Source: Phoronis australis
Taxonomy: Eukaryota > Animalia > Phoronida
NCBI GenBank assembly: GCA_002633005.1
Contig: NMRA01000025.1
Location: 469,502 to 533,501, forward strand
Direction: 5' to 3'
Length of the DNA stretch: 64,000 bases
Below the pieces are notes generated by a model that saw only the letters and a list, made by a program, of their open reading frames with translations, did not search any database and was not told where the DNA came from. Shown piece by piece: positions 14,908-28,479 of this stretch (position 1 is the stretch's first letter; every line of letters begins with the position of its first letter). The position numbers were made by a program, and so were the translations under genes.

Positions 14908-15340
14908 TGCCTGGTTGCTTGAAACGGTTCAAATAGGGACTCAACTAAGTTCCCTAAATATTTTGCCTACCTGTGTCCCTGTTTCCTCACAGTCGTAATT
15001 TTTTTCTATCATTCCGTCTTTATTATCAGTTCCTCTCTGACTAATGAATTTTTCAAATAAAATTAACTAAAACCTGAGCCCTTATTTCAATGAAAATAAA
15101 TAGGGACTTAGTCCTTAAGTTAGGGGCGTTGCATGAAAAGATCCCTATTTATTTTCGATATTTTTGAGAATTCAACATCAGGTTCATTGTCGATTTGTAT
15201 CAAAACCGAAAATTGATTTAGTGACGAAACTCAAACAGCTTAAGAAAGGACAATGGGTGTTTCCACAAATCCACAAATACGCAGTAGACTTAGGGAACAT
15301 AGTTGAATCCCTATTAGGGACTGTTTCATGCAACCGGGCA
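14908..15340. mobile_element. MITE with ~50-bp imperfect TIRs (Harbinger-like), inserted in a decayed relative of the 24778-25444 element
   Basis: tgcctggttgcttgaaac..atagggactcaactaagttccctaa pairs with ttagggaacatagttgaatccctatt..gtttcatgcaaccgggca. The flank 14520-14907 aligns with 25040-25380. Confidence 0.7.
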
Positions 15341-17356
15341 AAGACCTCTTCAAATTCCGTTAGGAGAAGACGAAAGTCAGATTTGGAGGCAAAAGTTTTC
15401 TCAAGTACATCATAACGTCGAACGTAAATGACGAATTGTATCGAATGTGCGTGATTATTATTGTAATTTCTTTGTTTCGTATTAGTCTATCCAAATTCAC
15501 GACAATATACTTATTTCAATATTTTGGGTGTTTTTTTAGTCCGCGACCTGCACCTCGAGCTAGATGGAGTCCATGACCACTACAAATATGCTGTCAGGTA
15601 ACTTGCCGTATGCTTTAGACAGATCATCCTTCCATTTGACTCAGCAAGTGTTCACGAGACACAGTAGAAGATTGATTCCTAAATCGATGAACATAATTAT
15701 TCATGTACAATTTGCTGTTTTGATACCTGTTCTAGTTGGAAGTAAACACAGTTATTGAAAAGAAAAGTTTCAATGGGGTCTACAGTTCGTAGTGCTTAAG
15801 ATAAATATTTTATGAAACTATTCAGCCACTTTTATTTCACTACACTTGAGCAGCTATAGTAAATGTTGTAACCAGAAGAGTGCCTACATGTACATGTATA
15901 GTTGTTTTGCCCACCGCGTGACAAAAGACAAGAGCATCTGAAAGCGAGTGTGATTGCATCTCACACTTATTAAGCAAAAGCATCACGCAGGCGATATCTC
16001 GCAAAGACTCAAACAAGAATGCTGCCGCATCCGTAAACACAGTGTCTCACTTATAAACGTGGCGCTCGTACTTGAACAACTCAGTTTACTTACTCACCGC
16101 TCACCTACCGCAAACCAAGGTGACGGACTCACAAAACACTGCTTGCGCACCCAAACAAAATCGTGCCATGCTCACAAATGCGGATGACTGGCCGCCACGA
16201 ACTGATTGGGCTGAGTTCAGGCACGAGTTCTGGCTGAATAGGAAGCCGTGTCTTGTGAGTCCGCCCCCGTGTTCGGTGGTCGATGAGCCGTCTTTGGCGA
16301 TCTGTCACCAATTTTTGAGCCGTTAAACTAAGTTTATTGAGTGTAGCCTGAACTCTGCCTATGCGTTGCACAGCCGTGTTGTTCGTGTAGCCTGTCCGTG
16401 GATCCAACTCACACGCGGGGAAACTGAGCTAGTGTTAGACCGGCAGCCCAGAGCAATAGACTCAATCATTGCGTGCTAAAAGCAGCTGATCGATAACGTA
16501 GAGGCATTAATCAGGCGTGTTCGATTGGCCAGCAATACCAGGTCTGTGGTGCGTAGACGCAAGTTTTAATGAATGATTGAGTCTATTGTTCACCTAGAAA
16601 ATCATTACATTTCTGTAACAAGTCAAAAACAACATAAAAATCTTTGTTTAACGAGTTCCCGCAATGTTATTGATAGTGCATTGCTATTTAGTCTACCTGT
16701 GTGGTGCGCCTTGAAAATATCGACTTAGGTCTGCTGTTGAAAAACAAGTCTTAGCCCGGTCAAAGGATTTTAAACAAATGTACTGGAGCTATCGCGTAAC
16801 GCCGCTCTTACCGAACTTTCTAGGAAAGATTGCGCGATTGTTTTTTTTTTTTCAAGAAAACGCTGCTCCAATGCCTTAGCCAGTAACATTTTTGAACATT
16901 GCTCCTGCGTCTTCATTCACTATATATTTTGGGACGGCTGTTACATTGCACGGTTTGTGTTGCGGTATTTTCAGTTCAAAACCAATACCTCTCGGATACT
17001 CAGTGGTCCAGCTCAGGAAATGTAGTTCAGATGAAACTTGACTGTGCCTTTCACCACGACGATATCAACCTTAAATGTTTCTTTGAGAGTTTCCACCGAA
17101 GGACACCTAGCCTTTTCAAAAACAGATGTCTTGGATAGGTTGCTGTTTACGCTCTACCGGAAGTCCCGAAATCATGATATAGTAGTGCAGTTGCAATATA
17201 GTAGGACACTCAATTTAGATGACGTGGAGGAAACTAAGCAATAATTACCAGCCGCTACATGAAAGGTATTTGATCGGAAACCACACATAAAGAGCGTAAG
17301 GCAAATAATCAGGAATGTCCGAATAATATATAGTCCATCGTGACATAAACAATAAG

Positions 17357-18687
17357 GTATAAGTAGAATCAGCTCAGAGACTTTGAGTTCGTATGTTTCG
17401 TACAGCTCTCTACAGTCCTTTTTCAACGACTGATGACGGGACGTCCAGGTTTTTGCTGTTCTTACCTCAGGAAGTAAATTGACGTCGTAGATTGGCGGAA
17501 GCTGCAATCCCTGATCTCGATTCATGGTAGGCTTCTTAGTCTTGATATATGTAGATTCCTTAATCTTCCTTGAGGACCAGTTTAATTCCTCTTTAGCCAA
17601 GACCTTGGCATGTTTGCCACATACAGAATGGCCGGAGATTCTCAGACGTTCTCCCACGCCAGTGGGCTTGTCTAGTTTGTTTTGCTTTTTGATTCTGGTA
17701 CCCAGGGATTGCTTAGTCTCGTCCATGTAGGTATAAGACGGATCTTCAGTGCAATTGGCGATCAAAGGGCTGGGGTCCCTGGAGTGGATTAGCTGGTTTC
17801 TCAGGGTGTTTACGGGCTTCACATAGGTGTTGATGTCGTACGACTTGTACACTCGATGTAGATGTTCTGAGAGCCCCCTGATGTAAGGAATAGAGACTGA
17901 AAGTGATTTCTTCTCTTCTCGGTCCCCAGGGGGGGTTCCTAGGCCGACGTTGGGGGGGCTTGAATGCCCACTCCTGGTACTGGTTTGCTTTGAGTGCTGA
18001 CCTGACGTATTTAATATCAGCCTGGCGATCCTCGGGTCTTGTGACACAGTTCGTGGCCCTGTTAAAAACAATGCGAAGGACTGTTTGCGTTGATTCGGGT
18101 GGTTGGAGGCGAAGTAAATACTGGTCAGTGTGTGTCGGTTTCCGGTATATGGTGGTTCTCGTGGAGCCGTCATCGTTAATGTGAACACACAAGTCCAGGA
18201 ACCGGAGTTTGCCATCTGTTGTGTCATGTATCAACTGTCATGCACTGAAGGTCCGTCTTATACCTACATCGACGAGACTGAGCGATGCCTGGGTACTAGA
18301 ATCAAAGAGCACAACGTACTAGACAAGCCCTCTGGCGTGGGAAAACATCTGGGAATCACCGGCCATACTGCATGTGGCAAACATGCCAAGATCCTGCCTA
18401 AAAAGGAGAACTGGTTCTCACGAAAGGTTAAGGAATCCATGTATATTGATATTACCAAGCCCTCCATGAATCGAGAACAAGGATTGCAGCTTCCGCCCAT
18501 CGATGACGTCAGATACTACTTCTGGAGACCAGGACGGCGGGAAACCTGGACGTCCCGTCATCAGTCGTTGACAAAGGACTGTAGAGAGCAGTCTGAAACG
18601 TGCGAACTCACAACATTTTAATCGCTGAGTAAGTTCCTCCTACTTATACCATACCTTCACCGATACTATTAAAAACCTTTTTTCAAT
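17357..18687 (-). mobile_element. 5'-truncated Penelope-like element (RT C-terminus + GIY-YIG) with an inverted copy of the EN/pLTR segment
   Basis: Minus-strand ORFs carry PLE motifs (LRFLDL, TIYRKPTHTDQYL, IPYIRGLSE, YMDET..LGTRIK, RKIKES, MNRDQG). Segment 18222-18652 (+) is an inverted copy of 17357-17750. A 13-bp direct repeat, cataaacaataag, lies at 17344-17356 and 18688-18700 (candidate TSD). Confidence 0.9.
18561..18609 (+). ncRNA. Degenerate minimal hammerhead ribozyme (U3-A8 core variant); second copy at 17385-17433 on the minus strand
   Basis: agtcg TTGACAA A GGACTG tagagag CAGTCT GAAAC gtg cgaact, located in the PLE pLTR just after the ORF end. Confidence 0.55.
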
Positions 18688-18712
18688 CATAAACAATAAG
18701 CTTTTATTTTAG

Positions 18713-19280
18713 TTTACAAGGAGGCGCGACGTACGCTTCAATTGACGGCTGCACAGCTCTCTATATGGACGGAAGTGGTGATTTCGCTGATGTCTCCCCA
18801 GTTCCACAAATATCTTCTAAAAGCTTCACTATGGGTGCTTCTGTACGATTCTCGACGATTAACAGGTTCCACGGGATTCTTCAGGATTGGTCTTCACCCT
18901 GGCAGTTTAGACTGTATGTCACCGATGCAAACAAAGTTGCTATGAACTTAAGGAAAAATGAGCTCAGTGCTTCGGATTTATTGTTTGTAACATCGTCTGA
19001 GGTGGTTACGGCCAACAAGTGGTATCATATCGCCTTCACCAGAAATTTTGAGAGTGGGTCCTATGCCCTTTATATGAATTCTGTTAAAGTGGCAGATGGA
19101 ACATTGCCAGCAAGTACAACTCACATGATAAACAATCACATGTCATGGGAAATTGGCTACAAAAAAGACTCGTTGGACAACGTTCTTCATGGTTATATCC
19201 GCAACGTTTTTGTCTCCCTCGGTGTTCTATCGGTACACGATATCGAGACGTTGCTGCCTTCTCCTCCCGGCGTGTCGTAG
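18713..19280 (+). CDS. Terminal exon encoding a LamG/concanavalin-A-like (LamG_3) domain
   Basis: Acceptor ttttattttag at 18712, then an open frame LQGGATYASIDGCTALYMDGSGDFA...SFTMGASVRF...KWYHIAFT...YALYMNSVKV...WEIG...LHGYIRNVFV. Stop at 19280; AATAAA at 19467. Confidence 0.8.
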
Positions 19281-20136
19281 AGACGTCACGCGCCCGAAAC
19301 TAACTTGTTGTTTGTGTTTTCCGTAATGCAGGCGCGATGCACGAGTATATGTTACATGTATGTAATTGTGTTTAAAACATTAGTTGTTCCATACGAATAA
19401 CTGCGTAGCACTGTTACAGCTAAAGGACAACGTGACATTTCACATCATCTTTATTTATTGTTATATAATAAAGCACTTATATTCATTAGCGTCTGCACGG
19501 TTATCAGAATGTCCCGGGTTTGAATCCCGGTTGGGGCAGAAATCTTAAGATTTATATTCATTATGTCACGTGATGTGGCCACAGGTTGCGTGCTGACCAC
19601 ACTTAAAATGTTTGCGATACATAATTTCCATATCGGCTTAAGAATTTCATATTTATATAATAAGTAAATCTACACCAGATATTTACGTTCATGTACGGAT
19701 GTTCGCGAAATTCTCATGTTTTGAAGAAATTTTTACCCCCGTAGTTGTCATAGGTTTTTCGGAGCCTTCTTTGTGGTCCTGCCATTTTGCGTTTTAATTT
19801 GAAGCCACTATTAACCATGCTCTGGTGTCGAAAACATGTTCTTCACATACACTGTACGTATTAGCTATTACAACGTTCTCGCGTTTTTATCCTTTGTCTG
19901 AATTAAAGTTGATTATACAGGCAAAAATTATTGGGGGGCATAAGCCAAGTCGACTTTGCCAAAGTACCCCCCCATCGCCACCCCCCNTCCCACGTCCGCC
20001 ATAGATGGAGGCAATTCAGGAAGTTGAGTAATCGTGAACCAACAATGTTTCACGAAGATTAAGAATGGGCCCCTAGGGCCAGCGCACTGACGGGTAGGTG
20101 GGAGCTGCCGCAAGTAACTGTAGCTGAGATCTAACA

Positions 20137-22636
20137 CTGGTGAAAATACGAAATTCGATGAACTAAAGCTAGTCGCTGGTCAGCTCAGCTATGATTCACT
20201 TGAGACATGCAACTTAGTTCGTACCAGCCCATCTGTGCTGGTTCTAAAATCAAGCTTCGTTTCATTGTGATCCAGTTTCGGGAAAATTCATTTTGTTATC
20301 ATGTTCATTGTTTGAAGAGATTTTTTGAAAAGGTGAGGACTCCAGGCCCCTGGTATGATGCCTTTGGGGCTGTTTCAAAATCCCTTGTTGAAACACGGTA
20401 ATAGTGTGATATATTGTGCCCGAATTTTGAGAACCAGTTTTCTCCACTAAATAACGGGCATCAAACTGGTTCTCAAAATACGGGTACGTTATATCAGACT
20501 ATTGGCCTGGTGGCGGGGGAAAATGATACAGAGTGTGTCCCAAAAATGTACACACTTCAACGCCTGGAGTTCAAATTCAGCTCCCGTAGATCACTGAGAA
20601 TATGCGTGAGCCTACTTCCTTCTTATTTTTAACGTAGGTGCATCGGTCATGAAGTGCTTCATCTGTGTAGCATGTACGGTAATGGTAAGCAAACGATTCA
20701 GTTTTGAAGAACAAAAATTCATCGCGCAATACTACTTGAAACTAAAAACATCAAGGAAGTGCAAAGACCACCTTTCCAACTTAATGTGCAATGAGTTCAA
20801 TTTTATTTGTTTAAGGACATAAACTTCTTTTAAGATCGCGGTTTGTTAATTTAAACCACTTGTCAATTTCCTAAGTCACTAAACAACTTATTGTCATTTG
20901 AATTGTGAGAACATTTAGAACTGCCGGACACTCATCTCTATCCTTGAAAATTATTTCAGATAAACAAAAATAGTTTAGTGCACTTTGCTATTTGGGAATA
21001 TGATGATAGATCGAATTTTCCAAATGTCAACCTGCAACTAAGTTCACTAAAGCATCGTCATTTCCTACGAGATTAGTTACTAATTGTCAAAAAAATCGTT
21101 TATTTATCGTTCGATTTTCGTAGATACATAAACATGTAAATCAGAAACCAACAATTGATTCCATGAGCAATCCATTTACCTTGATTTTGTGACTCAATTC
21201 CTTTTTGATCTCCTGTTATTGAGTTAAACGCCAAATCTTGTACCTAAAAAAATGAATCCAGGGCCCGGTCTCTAATCTTTGTACTCGAAACGAACTCGAA
21301 ACTATTTTTGGCAATTTCTCTGCTCCTTTTGTGCCAACTTAAGATAATTGGTTATCAGACTGTGCTCGNNNNNNNNNNNNNNNNNNNNNNNNNNNNNNNN
21401 NNNNCTGGTGAAAATACGAAATTCGATGAACTAAAGCTAGTCGCTGGTCAGCTCAGCTATGATTCACTTGAGACATGCAACTTAGTTCGTACCTGCCCAT
21501 CTGTGCTGGTTCTAAAATCAAGCTTCGTTTCATTGTGATCCAGTTTCGGGAAAATTCATTTTGTTATCATGTTCATTGTTTGAAGAGATTTTTTGAAAAG
21601 GTGAGGACTCGAGGTCCCTGGTATGATGCCTTTGGGGCTGTTTCAAAATCCCTTGTTGAAACACGGTAATAGTGTGATATATTGTGCCCGAATTTTGAGA
21701 ACCTGTTTTCTCCACTAAATAACGGGCATCAAACTGGTTCTCAAAATACGGGTACGTTATATCAGACTATTGGCCTGGTGGCGGGGGAAAATGATACAGA
21801 GTGTGTCCCAAAAATGTACACACTTCAACGCCTGGAGTTCAAATTCAGCTCCCGTAGATCACTGAGAATCTGCGCGAGCCTACTTCCTTCTTATTTTTAA
21901 CGTAGGTGCATCGGTCATGAAGTGCTTCATCTTTGTAGCATGTACGGGAATGGTAAGCAAACGATTCAGTTTTGAAGAACAAAAATTCATCGCGCAATAC
22001 TACTTGAAACTAAAAACATCAAGGAAGTGCAAAGACCACCTTTACAAGTTAATGTGCAATGAGTTCAATTTTATTTGTTTAAGGACATAAACTTCTTTTT
22101 CGATCGCGGTTTGTTAATTTAAACCACTTGTCAATTTCCTAAGTCACTAAACAACTTATTGTCATTTGAATTGTGAGAACATTTAGAACTGCCGGACACT
22201 CATCTCTATCCTTGAAAATTATTTCAGATAAACAAAAATAGTTTTAGTGCACTTTGCTATTTGGGAATATGATGATAGATCGAATTTTCCAAATGTCAAC
22301 CTGCAACTAAGTTCACTGAAGCATCGTCATTTCCTACGAGATTAGTTACTAATTGTCAAAAAAATCGTTTATCAATCAGTCGATTTTCGTAGATACATAA
22401 ACATGTAATTCAGAAACCAACAATCGATTCCATGAGCAATCCATTTACCTTGATTTTGTGACTGAATTCCTTTTTGATCTCCTGTTATTGAGTTAAACGC
22501 CAAATCTTGTACCTAAAAAATGAATCCAGGGCACGGTCTCTAATCTTTGTACTCGAAACGAACTCGAAAATATTTTTGGCAATTTCTCTGCTCCTTTTGT
22601 GCCAACTTAAGATAATTGGTTATCAGACTGTGCTCG
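20137..22636. repeat. 1.23-kb near-identical direct duplication across an N-gap (20137-21368 and 21405-22636), probably haplotype or assembly overlap
   Basis: Both copies abut the gap exactly and differ only by scattered SNPs. Confidence 0.9.
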
Positions 22637-22930
22637 AATACATTGTAGTTTATGCATAGGAGTTTCTAGTTCAAGTTTGCCCTTGAAGACCCTTATATTC
22701 GTGCTACAAACTCGAGTAAAAACTCGAAATTTCGAGTTCAAACTCGAACTTATTGCTTTAATATTGGGTTTGCAAACTGTGAACTAAGGGCAATAAATTA
22801 TCTACGTAAGTTATTGTGTACTCGAGCATAGAATAATAGACACTTATTTTGAGTTCGCCCAAAAGTAGAGTAGAAAATGTCAAACCTAATTTCGAGTTCC
22901 ATTTCGAGTAAAAAGATTGGAGACCGGGCC
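22530..22930. mobile_element. PIF/Harbinger-like MITE; partial copies at ~21262-21368 and ~49070-49255
   Basis: ~40-bp TIRs (ggc[a/c]cggtctctaatctttgtactcgaaa / tttcgagtaaaaagattggagaccgggcc) flanked by CAG...CAG. The 49070 copy is preceded by CTG, consistent with a CWG target. Confidence 0.75.
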
Positions 22931-24777
22931 CAGGTGGCCTGATGCATTTTACGGTACATCAGGCGTTTTTTATGCCGCAAGACCCGAGTCCATTACACTA
23001 ATTTTGTACTTAAGTTAAACAGCAGTGCATTTTTTGTCAATTGAATTGTCAGTATATTTTGGGAACTGTCCGAATTTCATCATTGTCTTTGAGACTTATT
23101 TCAGATATGTTAAAATCGTGAAGTGAATTTTACTATATGGAGATCGGATTATAGAGTCTTTCCAGCTGCAGGCTTCAACTTGATTAAATGAAACATCATC
23201 AGTTCTTACAAGATTATCTTCTAATTGATGAAAATCATTTATGCATCTATCAATCGGAAACCAATGAACGTGTTTATCAAAACGGAATGTTATAAGTAAT
23301 TTCCACAGGCATGATCGCAGATTTTTGACGAGTTACTGGGGGAACATGGGAGATGGGGTTTTGTTCATTTCAAAGGTGCCTACATATATAACAGTTCACG
23401 AGGTAAACTTGAACTCCAAAAAACGCTGAAATCGTTGTTTATGATTGCGAGTGTACTTTTAGTAGCCCTATTCTACATTTACACGGTTATCACAAATCGT
23501 AGAGTCGACAGTCTTTTCGACATGTGGGAATTCCTTAGAAACAACTCCCAGTAATGATCTTCAAAAGAAATGCTATTCTTGTGATACTATGGGAAAACGT
23601 TAAAATTATTTTATGGCTAGTCATCGGAAATAGTCCTTTTCTATAATTCACAAAAAGTGGTTTTCACGTTCTTCGAAATGCCAGCTTTCCGATGGCGGTC
23701 AATCCTTGTGTATTTTCACATTTTCTGTTGTTTTGATCGAATGTCTTTATACAGCTGTGCTGTGCACGAATATTGTGTGTTTTTTCATAATTTTGGAATC
23801 TCAACTGCTCTTTGTCAATACTTGGTAGTGTCATATTTACATGTATATTGTGACATGGGACATTTACCTCTAACTACCCTACCGAGAGAGGGTCCGGCCT
23901 GAACTGGGACAAGTTAAAAAGCTCGTTACACCGTCGTGTGGTCACACCGCGGTGGAGGAAGTGACCTCCCTCAACATGAAAGCAGGTTGCACGATTTCAC
24001 AAAAGAACTACAAGGTAGAAATAATCGATTCCAACATTGGGCCCTCTCTCCGTGAGCGGTACCTTAAGAATTTGTAATTAAAAACACAAAAAGTGTGGCC
24101 ACATGAAAGTTATTTTTCAAGTGAACATAGGTTTATCCCCCTCAAGCACTGAGCATAACAACAACGAAACAACAACCGTTGAGTTATGTTACTGCTCAGT
24201 TTGTGGTTTCCATTCTGCGCTAGTGCTAATATCTGTAAAATCATTCTCCCGGAGAGCAGCAATTTAACTTCACATATCCCCGAATCTTAATAAATACATA
24301 AACAAGTTCTCATTTACTTTTCAGTCTTGTGCCCTCAGTCAACTAACACATCAATTGGCCATCTGAACAGATAATCTGAAAAATTACTCCTCACTCTGTC
24401 CACGAACTATTTTATAGTGTACCTACATTTATTTGTATCATGCCTAGGATTTTTTAATTCCAGAGTAACAGTTGCAAAAGCTGATTTTAATGAGCAGCTC
24501 GCTCACGATATCAGGTTTTTAAATCGATGCACCCCATGAGTAAATTGAAACATTTAGCACTGAACAGCCTGCAATTTCATGAGATGTTTATCGTTGTAAT
24601 ACAATCTATAGGCTTCTCCTGAGCGATCTTGTGCTCTTGTTAAAAGTGGAAGAAGATCAATATACCTCGGACGATGTTAATTTGTCAAAATACGTTCGAG
24701 AATAGACAATGCACATAATGCTTCCAACACGCAAACAAGTGCAGGCTGCCGTCCGTTTCATGAAAGTCACGACTTAA

Positions 24778-25444
24778 AGAGGCATGGAACGCGAAAGCTC
24801 TTCAAAAATATATTTTAAACAATTCTTGACAGAAGTACCATCTCGCAACGTTTGATTCAGAGCTATTTCCTTTCCCTTGTGGTTTTCACGATTTTTCAAA
24901 CGCGCTAAAGAAAAACTACGTAGTCATCTCAGTGTTTCTTATCTCCCTCCCGCTTAATGCACATACACACAGTCATCGACAAATAACTCACTGACAAGAT
25001 ACATGTAGATGTTAACAGAAGATTATCATATCTGAATGCATTCCAAATCTGAGGTCAACAGCACAGTATTACTGGGCAAGCCAGTGAAGCATGCGAATTC
25101 CCAGGGTACCAAGTGCCTTTTAAAATATATTTGAATACTACGGTACCTTTATACCTAAATTTAAACAGTTAGCCCTCGCTTCAATTACCTCTTAATTGAA
25201 CTGGCTGCAGTTTGAAGTCAAAGTTCAAAGGTCACATTTTCCTTATTATGTCTCGCCATTCCAAATAAAGAGACGTGCTCTGCCTTGTGGGAGAAAAATG
25301 CTTTGTCATGAACAGAAATTCAAAATACTTACGAACAAACCGTGAAAATATCAGGTGAACAGGTTGAATTCTGTTTCAGTGGCAGAGCCTTCGGAACCGC
25401 TTTGAGTGATGCAGTTTAGTCTGTTCTTCGCGTTTCTTGCCTCT
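24778..25444. mobile_element. Non-autonomous Kolobok-like element with TTAA TSD
   Basis: TTAA|AGAGGCATGGAACGCGAA ... TTCGCGTTTCTTGCCTCT|TTAA (16/18 TIR match). AG termini with TTAA targets fit Kolobok rather than piggyBac. Confidence 0.8.
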
Positions 25445-25491
25445 TTAACACACAAATGTGGTCTTAGGCTCCCACTTCAGAATTGGTGAAT

Positions 25492-25701
25492 AAAGACTTA
25501 GTCAAGTTATTACCATCACATAACAGTGTAGAAAGGACTTAGTCAAGTTATTACCATCACATAACAGTGTAGAAAGGACTTAGTCAAGTTATTACCATCA
25601 CATAACAGTGTAGAAAGGACTTAGTCAAGTTATTACCATCACATAACAGTGTAGAAAGGACTTAGCCAAGTTATTACCATCACATAACAGTGTAGAAAGG
25701 A
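25492..25701. repeat. 41-bp tandem repeat, 5 copies
   Basis: gtcaagttattaccatcacataacagtgtagaaaggactta repeated head to tail with no spacers. Confidence 0.97.
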
Positions 25702-28479
25702 TTCATAGAGATTATCCCAGTACCTCGCGATTGTGTGTATATTCTCAAAGATTTTGCACTTTTGCTCGGGTGAGATGTAATATTTTTTTCGGAAATAGCT
25801 GTATGTGTGACCAAATTTCTGTCTGAAGTAAGTAGCTTTTCATAAAACAGGCCCTTGTAGAGTGATCTCCGGGAGTTACCTGTTATTTGGCTTGGAGAGT
25901 TATAACGCTGATGAATGTGAGAGAATAAATCAACAAGGGGAAGGAATATATGACTGGACTATCGTCATTTCATTTACATGTACGTTCAAGCAATTCTTGT
26001 GTTACGTTAACAATTTAAAAAGTTTGTACACAAAACGAAACACACAGATTACGTATAGAACCAATGCCATGTTTGGATTAACGCTTTCTAAGCCATACTT
26101 GCGATTCTTGTCTGAACCCAGTCACGTGACCCGCCGTAGGCGTAATTTTTGTGATAAACTGCATTAAAGTTTCCTCTGCCGAACACGTGTCGTTGTTATA
26201 CTTATAGCAGGAGTCTATTTGTCTCTGTACAGTCGCAGAAACTTTGTTCTTAGCTTCAAATAATTGAGTCGATAAATTTCCTGTAGAAAGCCGTTTTTAA
26301 GTTCTTTGCAGAACATTATATTCTACACATCACAATAAAGTGACGCTAGTGTCAGGTGACGTACAATGTATAGTACTGCGCTTCAATGTTTCTTTATCAA
26401 AGGCAAAACCCAACTTCGTGTGTTTATACTGGGCTGCTTCGAACTACAGAATTTCTAAGCAATATAATGAATAATTCGTAACTTGAAGAAGCGAATTTCG
26501 ATTTAAGGAAAATGTCTAGGGTTTCCTGGATGAATCGTTTGTTCCGCTTCCGTTGAGTGCTGCTGTAAAACGCCGTATAATTAAGGTCAACATCATGCAC
26601 ACAGCGGATGTTTTTCTTTTGATAGCAGCAGCTGCATGAAAAAGCAAGCGGGCATACAATCGAACGAATTTAACAATTATGCATCTTTGGATATCAATCA
26701 GCGCACAGACCACTGCGATATCTAGACGTAACAGTCATGGCTGGTTCACTTGGAAACTGTGTGATGACAAAACATGTCAATCCTTTTCACTGTACGTAAC
26801 TGGCGTACTAAACGCAATAGATGTGTCGCACGAGTAATGTATCCCCCACCCGGTGCTTTCACGTTCAAGTTTTGACTCCTCCCACAAAAAGGTGACAAAT
26901 ATTAAAAAGTAACGGTTAACACGGATCGATAAAAATACTTTTTGTCCGTAATTTTGATGAGCCGAAGTCTTCATTGGCCATACAGGGACACATTGAATAT
27001 CGAGCAAATACATGGATGAATGTTTCAGTGCCCGGAGTTCGATTTGCACCCTGGTCATTGTCTTGACCACTACACCGGTTATGTTAACAGAATTTTCCTT
27101 GACGTTCGATGCAGTCCACTAAGATCATACTTCATCTGAGATAAACTTGAGATTATAAAGCTTAGCTTAATTTTGCTCTTAGCCTCTCACCAAGGGAAGA
27201 AACGCTCATTTATACCTGCGAAGTATAATGCATTACAGATGGTAACAGACTGGGCGCATTTGCTACTTTTTACAAAATTCTGATATTCTTGGCCTGACTA
27301 AATGAATACCTAGCATGTCGCATCAGTGGACGAGCTCAATTTTAGGCACGCTGTTGCTGCCGTGTGCATGATAGTCGACTGTGACGAAATGTTTAAGTTC
27401 TGTTCTAATGAAGCAAGCTTTTAATATACTTTGCGTTATTATAACTGATTTAGATAAAAAAAACTTCGCAATGTACGCAATAAAAATATGTTTATAGGCT
27501 GTATCCTATCGAGAATTCATTTCATCTGGGAATGTCCTAATGAATGAATTCGAGATTGGAAATCGCAGTAATATTCATTCCATGGACTTATTTGCGTCAT
27601 CGCCCCAAAACCTTGTTGCCTTGTGCTCCGGCTTGTTGTTATATGACGTCATGTGTGCATTTATGCCAAGCACGGTACCCAAGCCGGTTAAGCGACAAGA
27701 CTATCTGTAAAAGTGATGAACAACCAGTAAAGATATATGTCTTAATAAATTGATTAGATTTTTCAGTTTATGAATGCACTGAACCATTCAAAAATATCAA
27801 AATTTTGTCGGAAACTTAGAAACAATCCATTGGGGAATATAAAAGTTGAAACATTCCCTGAACAGTTGTGCAGCAGTATGTCGTTTAGCTTCGATAAATT
27901 TCTTCGTCTATTTTTGTGTCTTAGCTTTTGGATTGTAAATAGTAATAGAAACATTTCACCGTGTTGGAAACTGTGCTGATTTGCTGAACTTGTGGTAAGG
28001 ACTGTATGATCGCAAAAAGCAGATTTTACGCTGCGAGCAGACAATTGTTTCGGTAAAAAAACACATACTCTATATTAGGTCACAATTTCCTGTAAAGACC
28101 TTAGCTCTCAGTGTGCATATACTGTATCTATTAATAATGACACGTTAGATTTGAATTAGATTTTTAGACTATTTGTTGGCCGGGGACGCTATTTAGCTTA
28201 TATGGGATAAACAATAATAACTGATGGGTCAAAGAGTTACAGAAACAAAAGTGTATTCAATTTGTGTATACATATTTTAATCTGGTAAGCCACACCTGTT
28301 TTCGTTAAACCGTTGTCGAACAAATATACACAAATGAAAAGTACCAGCAATGTTTTATTGTAGAAGCACGTAGAACTACAATCAATGAATACTAATTAAC
28401 CTTTTGAAGTTAAACCCTTCACACCATGGACATAAACGCTTGAATTCGGTTACCGACAATTTTATTATGATATTTTAAG

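Noticed and set aside
25492-25701. CRISPR-like periodic array
   Set aside because: The units are contiguous, near-identical 41-mers with no unique spacers, there are no cas genes, and the context is eukaryotic.
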